A program made the translations under genes and the position numbers. A stretch of DNA of 64,000 bases from Paraspadella gotoi (taxonomy: Eukaryota > Animalia > Chaetognatha), in contig CM119270.1 in NCBI GenBank assembly GCA_051294375.1, positions 13,222,741-13,286,740 of the forward strand, written 5' to 3'. This document shows, in pieces, positions 17,871 to 32,255 of this stretch. Position 1 is the first letter of the stretch. Every line of letters starts with the position of its first letter. Under the pieces are notes generated by a model, which had not been told where the DNA came from, did not search any database, and saw nothing but the letters and a program-made list of their open reading frames with translations.

Positions 17871-18525
17871 CCTTTTGTTTTCCCGGCTGTCTTGCTCTTT
17901 CGTTTATTTTTCACTATATTTTTCTGCAATCTCAATCTAGCTCACGGACTCACTCGCAGTTTCGATCACTGACTCACTCTCAGTCTCGCTCGCTATTTCA
18001 TCCTCCTTTACAACACGCGTTGTCCTGTTTGCTATTAAGTCGACCCTTTTTCACAGTTTTTGCTTCAATTACCCTCAGCTCTCTGTTTTGTCCATCAGCC
18101 CTGTCGCCCTCGTTGTCTTTATTGCTGTTTGGACCTCAACCGTCCGAGGCCAACTTCTTCGTTGTCACATGATTCCCTCTCACTTAGAATTCTCTCCGTC
18201 AATTCTCACTTGGGGAATTTCTTATTCAAGAAATTTTCTTTGATTAAACAACTAACCCGGTCTAATCCCCTTTTTTTCAATTTCATAATCGTCAACTAAG
18301 CTCGATCGTTCGCTCGATTCCTTTTTAACAATATCTTTGTTGTGACTCTCACATTCTCACAGTCTCACATTCCGCATTCCCTCGTTGGATACATTTGCAT
18401 TGGGAGAATCGCTTTCGTTTTTGCCTTCACTCCAGTCGCGACAATTAAGTGTCGACGGAATTTTAATTGGTTCTATCGATCCGTCCGCCCAAAACACAAT
18501 CTTCCCCTTGTTTTTCTTCCATTTT

Positions 18526-18641
<116 letters not shown>

Positions 18642-19331
18642 GCGTCCCGACGACCGATGTTAAATCGTTTTTTCTCCTTTAGCCAAGTCCCATTAGGTCG
18701 CCATTGTTTTAATTCATTCTAGAAATCCTATTATACTTGAAATACTAAAAACAATTTTCTCTTTAAAACCGGAAGGTGGATCCAAATCGGTGTTGAAGCT
18801 CTGTCGCTGCGGAGTGACGGAGTGACGACTTGGTGGAGTGAAGTCAATAAAGATATGGCACAGATGAAAGAACGCGGAGCGAGGAATATAACATAATGAA
18901 CGAAGCGATCGATGAATCTTTGAAAAATGTGTTATTGCGTGACTGAAAACTGTAAAAGCTGCGTGACTCGCTGTGAGAGTTATGAGGGCAGTTAATGTAT
19001 TGGGGAGATATGTTCCATTTTACTGTCGACATTGTGAAAATCGTTGCTCCTTTTCCTTCACGTCAGACAAAGNNNNNNNNNNTCGACATTGTGAAAATTG
19101 TTGCTCCTTTTCCTTCACGACAGACTAAGTTGGTCAAAACGTTTTGCAGACATTATTCCCTCAACAATCACTTCCGTCAGACGAAGATTGTTAGTCAGAC
19201 AGAATNNNNNNNNNNNNNNNNNNNNNNNNNTGTCAGATCGGACGAACATTATTCATTCAAATTGTCAGTCGGCAAGATTGGTCAGTTCTAACAAAGATTT
19301 GTTATTCTGACGAACATTGTCAATCAGAATT

Positions 19332-22067
<2,736 letters not shown>

Positions 22068-22080
22068 ATCTTCTCTTTTT

Positions 22081-23315
22081 TGTGTATTAAACGAACATTA
22101 TAACTCGACTTGTCAGTCGTACGAAGGTTGTCAGTCCCACAGAATTGTCAGTGAGACGAAGGAAGGATTTTTCTTCGATTGTTTACGCGCGAATGTTTAC
22201 CAATATCTCGGCGAGTTTTCCCGGTCAGGGTTGGAAATTCCCAGGAATAAATTCCTTCTGGAAAGTTGTAAATCTTCCGTTTTGTNNNNNNNNNNNNNNN
22301 NNNNNNNNNNNNNNNNNNNNNNNNNNNNNNNNNNNNNNNNNNNNNNNNNNNNNNNNNNNNNNNNNNNNNNNNNNNNNNNNNNNNNNNNNNNNNNNNNNNN
22401 NNNNNNNNNNNNNNNNNNNNNNNNNNNNNNNNNNNNNNNNNNNNNNNNNNNNNNNNNNNNNNNNNNNNNNNNNNNNNNNCTCACGTATTTTAACGAATGA
22501 CGACGCTCACACCACGCTCATATTTTCGTCGTCGTCGTCGGCTTAGTCGTTGTCCGTTGTCAGATGCAATTGTAACCGGCTCCTCGGATATTGTGTCATA
22601 TGGATTGAGTCAGTTTGGACGCGAGGCATAATAAAAAAAAAAATTAAATATAAGTTACCCCAGTTTCTAAGTGTGTCGGAAAAATTGGACGCTAACGCAG
22701 ATTAGAGACGTTGATGTCCTTCTACTTCGTCGTCATCATCTCTGCCGTCATTGCTGTCGTCGTCGTCGTCTTATTTTATCGAATTTTCTCCTCGAGTTGA
22801 TCACAACGACATCAGTCATTTCTTACTTCTACTTCTTCTTCTTCCTCGTCGTCGTCGTCGTTATCGTCTTCGTCGTGACGCAGATGAAAACGACGTTCCC
22901 CCGCCGACGATGTCGTTAGCGAAGACACGTCGCTTTACTTTCTCTACCGAATCTTTTTCTCTTTCGTTTGTCGTTATTGTCATGTCGTCGTCATGTACTT
23001 TTCGCCGTCGTTCTTGTCGTTGTCGTCCCGAGGTTTTGGTTTGAGGTTGTTGCAGTCGCAGCCCTAGCGCGGAAAAGAGGGGGGGGGGGAAGTACGAAAG
23101 TGGGGGGGAGTTCGTCATCTTTAAATCGTTCGTCGCTTCTGTGTTGTCTTTTGTTTTCTCTTGCGAGGAAGCCTTGAGAGACTTTTGTATCATCGCGGAC
23201 GGAAACGTAGTTATAACGCGGAAAAATAATCATATATCGCAGTCGTTCTAGTAAGCAGGGAAAAGTTAGGATCATGATAATTAATAGAAATAATAATTGA
23301 TAAGAATAATAATAA

Positions 23316-23387
<72 letters not shown>

Positions 23388-24227
23388 TAATAATACGAGA
23401 AAATACAGAGGATGACCCGGACGAAGACAACAACGACAACGAAGACAACGACATTGTCGGATTCCGTCGCGGTGAATCGATCCATTTTTTTCTCATATTT
23501 TTTGTCTTATTGCAGATGCCCACAAAAATCCCTCCACTAAGCACAAGTTCCCCCGACGGGCCGAGGAGAAACTACAGAAAAAAAAGAGCAAAAAAAGAAA
23601 AAAGAAACTCACGACTCGGAGAAGACTGCGAAATAAATAAAATAAAAAACAAAAAAAAACAAAACCAAAAACAAAAGACAACAGAATAAGAAATGCGCCG
23701 ACGTCAGTTGCGCATCTTCTGCGTGGAATTTTTTCCGAATGATTTTGAAACGCGGGGAAGAGGCGGTCGTTTTTTAATTCGTGTTTATATATTTTTTTTT
23801 ACAATTTATTAAAGCGATATAATAAAAAAAAAGAAATGGAATACATTGAATCTTAATTGGGTTGAAAAAAAAAAAAAAAAAAAACGCGTAACGAAACCAA
23901 ACTAACGTTTGACGAAGCGCAACGACGACGGAAGTAAACAACAACGACAACAAACGCAAAAAGCGAATTAATTCGGCGAACCTCCTTCGCGAGGCGTCGT
24001 CGTCTTCGTCGTCCTTCATCGTCTCGATCGTCGTCGTGGCGTCGTCGTGGCGAAGGATCCATTCGTTAATCTTCCTTGGAGACTCAATCATGGGGTGATT
24101 CTCTCCTCCCCCCAAGGGGAGTAGGGGAGGGGGTGACCCTGACTGATCCACTCCGTATCTATCTCTCCCCCTACCCTTCCGGGAAAACACCCCCGCCGCT
24201 CCTGCCACCGTTTTCGTCACTTCTAGC

Positions 24228-24260
<33 letters not shown>

Positions 24261-24474
24261 CTCTCTCTCTTCTCTCTCTCTCTCTGTCTCTCTCTCCTTC
24301 TCTCTCTCTCTCTCTCCCTCTCTCTCTCACTCACTTCCTCACCCGTCACTTTCTGCATCCGCGTTCAAGCTTCAAAAAAAAAAAAAAAAAAGAGAAAAGA
24401 AAAAAAAAATTGCAACGAGCGGAGAAGCGAAGTCGACTCTCTCCCCGAAAAAATATATTCATTCGCGCTGTTAA

Positions 24475-24507
<33 letters not shown>

Positions 24508-24652
24508 CTCTTCTCTCTCTCTCTCTCCTCTTCTCCTCTCTCTCTCTCTCTCTCTCTCTCTGACCACCCATGTAATTAGCTCTTTGCCCGACCAAATTCT
24601 CTTACCTTAACTCACTTCCGCCGATTAACAACGCGGCCTTCGACCTTCTTGC
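22081..24652 (+). repeat. Tandem direct duplication, copy B (contains N gap 22286-22479)
   Basis: Collinear with 19332-22067, including the (AAT)n tract (23305-23393 vs 20645-20760). Confidence 0.94.
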
Positions 24653-27218
24653 TGCTTCGTCGTCGTCGTCGTCGTCGTTCGTCGGTCTCGTCGTCGTCGT
24701 CGTCGTCGTCGTCGTAGTCGTCGTCCAAGGCTTTTAAAAGCTCTTTTGTTTCGTGGCTTCAGTGAACCGTCGTCGTCGTCGTGGTCATCGTCGTTATCAT
24801 CGTCATTAGCATCGCCATCGATTTGTGGCTTCATTTTTTTTTTTAAGTTAAATCGCTTTAATCAAAAATATAAATAAAATAAAAAAAATACCAAATAAAA
24901 CCCAACTTCAAATAAAATTCCTTTTTTTGGGACAAAAAAAAAAAATTCACAAACGAAATAGGATTTGATTGCTCGAGCGATTAGGGTGATCAACGCGATA
25001 AAAAGGAATCGAGGTGATTAAAAAAAAAAAATAAGAGTGATTCGGTCCAACAAAGTGATTGGAGTGATCCCGGAGTGATAAATAAGCGGATTTACAAACT
25101 GAATTATAAAATCTCGGAAATCAAATGCGAACGAAAGATGTGAAGAGCGATTGGATCCGAGGCCCTGCGCCTTAGAGCGCTTCCCTCCCTCCCTTTCTCC
25201 CTCTCTCCTCCCTCTCTCCTCCCCGATTTATTCCACCCCATTCCTCCATTTTTTTCTCCTTCCTTCCTTGAACGACACGCGCGTACCGCTCTCTCTCTCT
25301 CTTTCTCCCTCTCTCTCTCTCTCTCCAACCTTCGTCATGCATGGAACCGACGCTGAAACTTCGCCCTCACCCCCAATCGGTTGTCTCTGCTACCCCAACC
25401 ACCAACTACCCCACCTAAACCACCAAGTGGAAAACCACCGACGAGCAATCACCAATCATCGACCAATCATTCTCCTTTTTCTACCTTCTTTCCACTTTTC
25501 AAGTTTTAAAATGAGGCGAGAAAGAAATTCCATCCATCAAGGAAAGCCGCCCTGAAATTCCTACTTTTCCCCCCTTCCCAGTTTCTGCCGCCCCCCCTAT
25601 CCCTACGCTTTGGGAGAGGGAACCAGGGAACAAAAGGAAAAATTAAAGGAAAAAAAAAATCATCTAAAAAAACCCAAAAAAATTCCGTTTTTTTTTCTTT
25701 TGGAGAAAAAAAATGGCATCTGATGAGATTCACTCAAAAAAAGGATTAAATTAAAAAAAAAATAAAGGAAATACAGACTAATATTTTCGGGATTTCCTGG
25801 CTGAACTTTACCTTTTTTTTTATCACGCAGTCAACATTTTTTTTTGCTTCAACCGGAGGATTAACTTTGTCTACGACGTCGTTTGATTCACGATGAAATT
25901 AACCGAGTTAACGAGTGGAAGTTGTGACGTTTCGCCGCCAGCGTTAGCGTCCACCCTATCTTCAATATTGAAAATTACTCGAAAAACAGTAAATTTATTC
26001 GTAAACGAAATAGGCTATGAAAAATTTTGTTTTTTAGTTTAGATTCGAAGGAGAAATTTATTTAAAATAAATCCTTGTATGAGGAAAAAAAATGAGAAAG
26101 TAATTTTTGAAAGAAAATTGCGAAAAGCCCTCACACAGAACGTACTCTCTCACTCACACAAAAAGAAACTAAAAAAGAAAAAAAAAATAAGGGGAAAATT
26201 CCTCCTCAGAGTCGATTTAATTTATTTCACAAAAATGAATTTTTCTTCAAAAACTCGGAATAAAAAACGAAAACACAAAAGAAAAGTTTTGAAGTAGGTC
26301 GTTAAGACAAAGAAAAAAGCAAAATTTTTCAGAATCCTTGATTATTTAAAGAAAAAAAAAAAAATTTGTAAAATAAAAATAACGTCAAAAGAATATAAAA
26401 TTGCCCGTCATGCAAAACCAAACGAAACAAAAACAACAAACCCCCCCCCAGAAAATCAAAAATAAAAACCGGGTTATAAGTAAATCAAATAAAGAAAAAA
26501 ACTAGGAATAATTAGGAATAAATAAAGGGCAGACTCGATTGGGTAATAAACTCGTTCGTCCTCCGCCAGGTGTCGACTCCTGACGATTCTTTTGATAAAA
26601 CTCCTTCTTCCCTCGATCCCCTCTTTTTCTTTTCCCGCCTCCAGTAGGCAGAGTCGCGCCAATCACTTCGTCAATCCTTCCCTGGATGTCGCAGCAGCGC
26701 AGTAACGAGCGGCGAGTCTCGAACCCAAAAGCAAGAAAACCAGACTTCCTTCTGACTCGACCCATCTTTTTTTCTTTCTCAAATTGTTTATTGTCATTGT
26801 TTTCATCTCCATGACGACCAAAGCCTCGTACCGTTCCGCCCTCCGACGACCTTTTTAGTCGATCCCCTCGCCCCTCCCCCCACTACTCAGACCAGATTTG
26901 ACCAACGATCGACCAAAAAAAAAACAACCTCTTTGCAGTGACCGAAAATTCAAACCCGCATCGCCACCCGCCAATCGACTTTAGACCCGCCAAACTTACC
27001 GCCAAAGATGCACTCTTCGAGTTTTATTCTTCCCCCACGCCTGCAAGAATTTTGCAATGATCCTTGGTCGACCTTAATCGCTCTCGAACGCCTCCTCGAA
27101 CCTTGCAACGGTCCCCCCTGCTCGCAATGACCTCCCCAGGATGACCCGTCGAATGACCCGTCAAAGGACCTCGAGGAATTTTAAAGGATCGACTCCTTTT
27201 TCTCCTTCACGATTCAAA

Positions 27219-27413
27219 GTCTCGCGATTCCGAATTTCGAGTCTCGCGACGCCGACTGTCACGTGACTCCCGAGGTCTGGTCACGAGCGCCTCGGCTTCC
27301 GGTCACGTGGGTTTTTGCTTCCAGGTCACGCGCCCTTTCGCTTAGGGTCACGTGACTTCGAATGACGTCAGAGTAAAGTGGAAAATCAACAGCATCGCAT
27401 AAAGGCGGGCGGG
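27219..27413. promoter_or_regulatory. CpG-rich candidate promoter/enhancer with phased E-boxes, CRE and GC box
   Basis: GTCACGTGAC at 27258-27267 and 27347-27356; GTCACG also at 27280, 27302 and 27325; TGACGTCA 27363-27370; GGCGGGCGGG 27404-27413; GTCTCGCGA at 27219 and 27241. Confidence 0.65.
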
Positions 27414-28504
27414 ATAACGAACTTTTGGCTGCTCCATTCGCACAATCTATGTTACGAAAATCATTCGTAAAAAAAGAAATAAGAACAACAACGACGAAAA
27501 CAAACCGCCAGCGTTTTTAGCGGTAGTAGTGGTGGATAGCTGATTCCAAATAAGAAAACCAAAAATCGAAATACAAATAAAAAAATAATAAATAATAATC
27601 TAGCGACATCAACACCTGTTGTGGGAACAACACATTTGTAAATCCGCAGAGGGTGATCTCGATTCGAATTAAAAAGAATCAAAAAACAACTGAAAATTGA
27701 AAAGAAGCTTCTGAAAAAAAAAGGGGAAAAAGGAAAAAAAAAACCGGTGCTCCTAATGAATGAAACCCCCTTTTCCGTGAACCGATAGACTGCGAAAATA
27801 GATTGTGAATGTTAAAAAGACGAAAAATCACAAAATCGCAAATGAAATCACATCTAAATCAAAGGTCACGGAAGTTTATAAAGATATAAAATTGAAAGAT
27901 GTGACTAATGTAAAATACACGATAAAAAGTGAGTAAAAAATAGATCAAAACAAAAAAGGAGAAACAAAGATAAAAAAAAAGATTCCCGGTTCGCCAGGCG
28001 AAGTTCCATGTTCCTCAGCCGATGTTTGTTAGAAGTTAACAACGAAATTAGTTAAAAACAAAACAAAAAGGAAAGAAAAAATAAAAAAGGTGGCCTCTAG
28101 AGGAACTTTCATTCGCGATTGATCCGACCGAAACAAAATAACAAAAAAAAAAGAAGCAAATTGAATCACATAGGCTAAATTGAGAGAAAGAAATATATAA
28201 GAAAAAAAAGGAAAAAAAACCCCAAGAAACGTCAAAGAAAACAAATTAAACGAATAAACTGATTAACTGTTGAAACCAATTGAATAACAAAAGGAAAAAG
28301 CGAAAAAAAATCCGACTAATTTGTTGTTTTTTCGCGTCTGTGTTTTTCTTCTCCCTCGCACGAACCCTCGCTTCAACTGATAAAAGTGATAAAAGTGATA
28401 AAAGGTGAGAAATGAGACGTATAAATGACGGGGGATAAAAAGTTTACCTTAGGTTAGGTAATGGAGTGGTGAAAAAGGTGGGAAGTTAAGAATTTATAGT
28501 TACA

Positions 28505-28639
28505 GTTGTAGGGACCTGCTATGTCATTATCTTGTAAGAGTGATGGAGGCCTTAAACCACCAAAGCCTGTCCAAAGTCAGGGGCAAGATAGCTTATTTAT
28601 TAAATCAATGGATAATTTTTATACTGGTTGTACCAATTT
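28505..28639 (+). mobile_element. Short dispersed repeat, longest copy (putative non-autonomous element or retroposon end)
   Basis: ggccttaaaccaccaaagcctgtccaaagtcaggggcaagatagcttatttattaaat...tggttgtaccaattt, shared with 49251-49345 (-), 51261-51287, 61719-61810 and 62001-62059. Confidence 0.65.
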
Positions 28640-31184
28640 AATTAATGTAAAAAGATTATCTGGTATAAATGTTATAAAAAAAATTGCTTTGAGAAGGGAA
28701 CAGATTCGCTAGCTGCATCTAGCTTCTCAGTAATACATTTTAACTTTTAAGAATTAAATGAACCAAAGTAAAATTTTTAAAAACAAAACCGACGAAGAGA
28801 AAAAAATAATTTTCAGTCGGAAATTTTTCACCGATTTCAGCGAATTCATCAACGTCCTTGTCGTCGTCGTCTTCCTCCTCCTGCTCGTCCTCCTCTTCCT
28901 CCTCCTGCTCGTCCTCCTCGTCTTCTCCTCATCGCATCCAAATTACTCCCTGGATATTTTTAGAATCGTTGCCCTTTTTATGCACGTGATTCCCTCTTAA
29001 AAAAAAAAAAAGGTGAGATTAGCTGTTTGGGGAGAAAAAAACGCAATAAAAGGAATTCATTAGGCTAATAACCTAAAAGCGCATCAACCTTTAGCTTTTT
29101 AGAAAAAAAGAAGAAAAAAAAACTCTCGTGCTAAAGAAAAACGTTCGAATTCGTTTTTTGTTTTTTTTTTAGTCAAATGCTTCCCTGGTTACGGATTATC
29201 GCAACAGTTGATATTCGATCGTTCAGTAGATCGTTCGATCGGTCGTTCAGTCCTTCGTTCAGTCCTTCGTTCAGTCGTTCGTTTTTTCTTTTGTTTGGAT
29301 AATATTGTTTTGACTCAATTGAATATTTTTAAACCTTTCTCCCTGTCACGCCATAGACAAAGTCATCGTCGCTCTTCTCTTCATTATCCTCTCACGCCAC
29401 AATATTTCTTTCACGCCATCTTCCAATTGCTTTCATTTCCCCTTTTCTTCCCTCCTCCCTCTTTTCCATCTCCACAGGTCTCTCTTTGTTTCTCATCTTT
29501 AATTTCAGGTTGTCATCGCCTTCGTTCTCCAAGGCCACTTCCTTCTCTCCTTCGTTCACAAAGGCTACTTCTTTCTCTCCTCATTTTCTTCGTGTTTTTG
29601 CCCTCGAACTGAGATGATTTTCTCCGCCCCCCCCAAAAAAAAAAAATTCACACGTAGACCGAGATGGCCGAAGCTGGCGGAAGAGAAAGATGGAGATATT
29701 AAACATTAGTTTCAGTTTCCTTCCACAGCCACATCTAGTCTCTCGAACAGCCACATCCACAGCCCAATCCACAGCCCAGTCTTCGTCCCTCAGTTCGCAT
29801 TAAACACGAAAATTCTGGTTTTTTCCTTGTTTGCTCTCCATTTTACTTTCGTCTCTCTTCTCTCTCTATTCCCCGGTTCTTGCCCCCTTTTCTCCTCATT
29901 TCCCCGATTTTCTAATTCTTTTCTCACCCCTCCCCTACCCCTCACCTCCTTACCCCCTTAAACCCCGAACCCCCCCTTCACCTTTTAACCCCTTTCCCCC
30001 TTCAAAGTGCCACGTTTTATTGATTTTCGTTAGTCGCCTCGATTCGTCGCTGCAACTTTATGTTGCACTAACTTTTCCTTCTTCCGGTGCTGCCCCGGGG
30101 TGCTGCCGCTGTTGCTTCTCGGCAGCAACGGCGCCGCTGAGATGTGACCCGGAGTGTTACTTGCGAACGTTGACATTTTACGCTTCTTGCGCGAAGGTGT
30201 TGCGGTTATACATGCCCTTGTGGTGCGGCATTTTGTTTCATCGCTGTTGCGGTTTAAACCCTCGTTTCGATTGGTTATGGTTAAATGCGCCGTTGAAGCG
30301 GTTTTTTTTTTACGCTTTTTGCGAAAGATAAACTGCTGCAATTGCTACTTACTCATTGCAGTTTTATTGCTTCGTAAATGCTTTATCTGTTTTTGTAAGT
30401 TGTGATACTTTAACGTTTCTTCCCATTTTGAGATGAAGTTGAGAACAATTTACGTTACGAATATTTGAATTTTAAAATGGCCCAATAAAAAGTAGAGGGT
30501 AGTGCTTCAGAGGCGTGATTGGCTGATTTTTTTTCATTTGTGCATTACAGTATTATTAATACTTTACTTAGAAACAGTCGCATTTGAAATCGATGAGAGA
30601 AAAGACTCGAATAAAAAATGAATTGAATGATGAAAAATGGATAAAATTTAAAAAAAGAAAATAAAAAAAAAAAAAGAGAAAAATTGTATTTCCGTTCAAG
30701 GTTAACAGCCGTCATTAAAAACGAGACGGCAAAGTAGAAAATCATTAATTCCTTTTTTCATTATTTTCTTTCCTTTAACAAAAGATACGGAATCGCGCGA
30801 GTCGGCGACGGAAAGGGAGGGGCCTGGGGGGGGGAATATCAGCTGACGGTTAATTTTATAAATGTGAAAGTGAAAGTATTTATGACAATTTTTTTGATAT
30901 AAGTTTTAAAGCGTTTCTTACAAAAATATTTGAATTTTAATTGCTTAGTTTGGTCATTGTTTTATATGACCTCAGCTCGATGAATGACATTCAAGGATAG
31001 TTTTGTATATAAAACTGGAATAGTTTCGAAATACCCGTTGGTAATATTATTAGATGAAAGAGGCTCACGCCGTTATTCACGGTGAAAGGAAGCTGTGGAT
31101 CACCGCTTTCCATTTTTCTTTCGGCGTTAGCGTCTTTCTGGTCGCCGTCACTGGATTGGATTCGGGTTCCTTCTATCTTTTTTT

Positions 31185-31495
31185 TTCGTTCGTTTGTTCA
31201 TTAGTTCGTTCGTTGGTTCGTTCGATCGTTCGTTCGTTCGATCGTTCGTTCGTTCGTTTGGTCCTTCGTTCGTTCGTTCGGTCCGTTTCGTTGATTGCTC
31301 GTTTGTTCGTGTTGTTTGGTCCTTTGTTCGTTCGTTCGTTCGTTCATTCGTTCGTTCATTCGTTCGTTCATTCAGTCCTTTCGTTAGTTCGTTCATTCGG
31401 TCCTTCTTTCGATTGTTCGTTCGTTCGTTCATTCGTTCATTTGTTCGGTCTTTCCTTCGTTCGTATCGCCTCGTTCGTTCGTTCGTTCGTTCGTT
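31185..31495 (+). repeat. Degenerate (TTCG)n microsatellite
   Basis: Long gttc/ttcg run; mirrored as (AACG)n at ~46260-46650; a smaller one at ~29215-29282. Confidence 0.9.
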
Positions 31496-32084
31496 AGTTC
31501 CATTGCTTAGGTCGTCTCGCTTGTTGTCGTCGTCACGTCAAAGTTTTTCTTTGGATATAATAGAATTAGACGCGGCTGCCGTAACCTTGGTTACGCGATA
31601 AGTGTAATGGATCCGCGCATTAAGGAATATTGGCTCCTTCTCTAATAATAAAAAAAATCGGTACCACGAGATCCGAACCTTTGCCACGAACTTGAGAGGA
31701 AAAAGGGGGGGGGGAGGTGAGACGTGATAAGAACAGGGAAATCTTGCGAACGAGCTGCTGCTGCTGCTGCTGCAGGAGATGTTGTTTTTGTTGTTCTAGG
31801 ATTGCTTCTTCTTGGCCACCCAAGTTTAAATACCGAACACTGGAGGAACAAGATGTCGCACGTTAAAACAAGTTTGAGCAAACAATGTCGGATCTGCCTG
31901 TAGGCGTAGACGATAATTACGCGGCGATCAGCTAATCAGATGATAAATCACGAGAATTCTTTCAATTTGTGATCCTCACTGATGATAACTGATCGTTCCA
32001 TACCATACCAAACCAGTGTCTGCGCTAATACATGCAAATCGCTTGTAAGGGATTTAACTGAAATAATTACAAATAAAGTACAAA

Positions 32085-32255
32085 TTATTTTTCTAACTTG
32101 TATAACTTTTTCAACTTGCATCATTTTTTCAACTTACATCTTTTTTTCAACTCGCATCATTTTTTCAACTCGCATCATTTTTTCAACTTGCATAATTTTT
32201 TCAATTTGCATCATTTTTTTAACTTGCATTATTTTTTCAAATTGCATCATTTTTT
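32085..32255 (+). repeat. 18-bp satellite CAACTTGCATCATTTTTT (same family as 7223-7945), followed by (TTAA)n
   Basis: caactcgc at 32148 and 32166 (18-bp period); (TTAA)n at ~32259-32317. Confidence 0.88.

Noticed and set aside
19026-19129. 47-bp direct repeat around a 10-N gap
   Set aside because: Most simply an unmerged contig overlap at a scaffold join.
27258-27356. CRISPR-like repeat-spacer array
   Set aside because: The constant part is only 6-7 nt, spacers are ~16 nt, and there are no cas genes in a eukaryotic context; better explained as transcription-factor sites.
28448-28457. TTAGG arthropod telomere repeat
   Set aside because: Only two copies; expected by chance.
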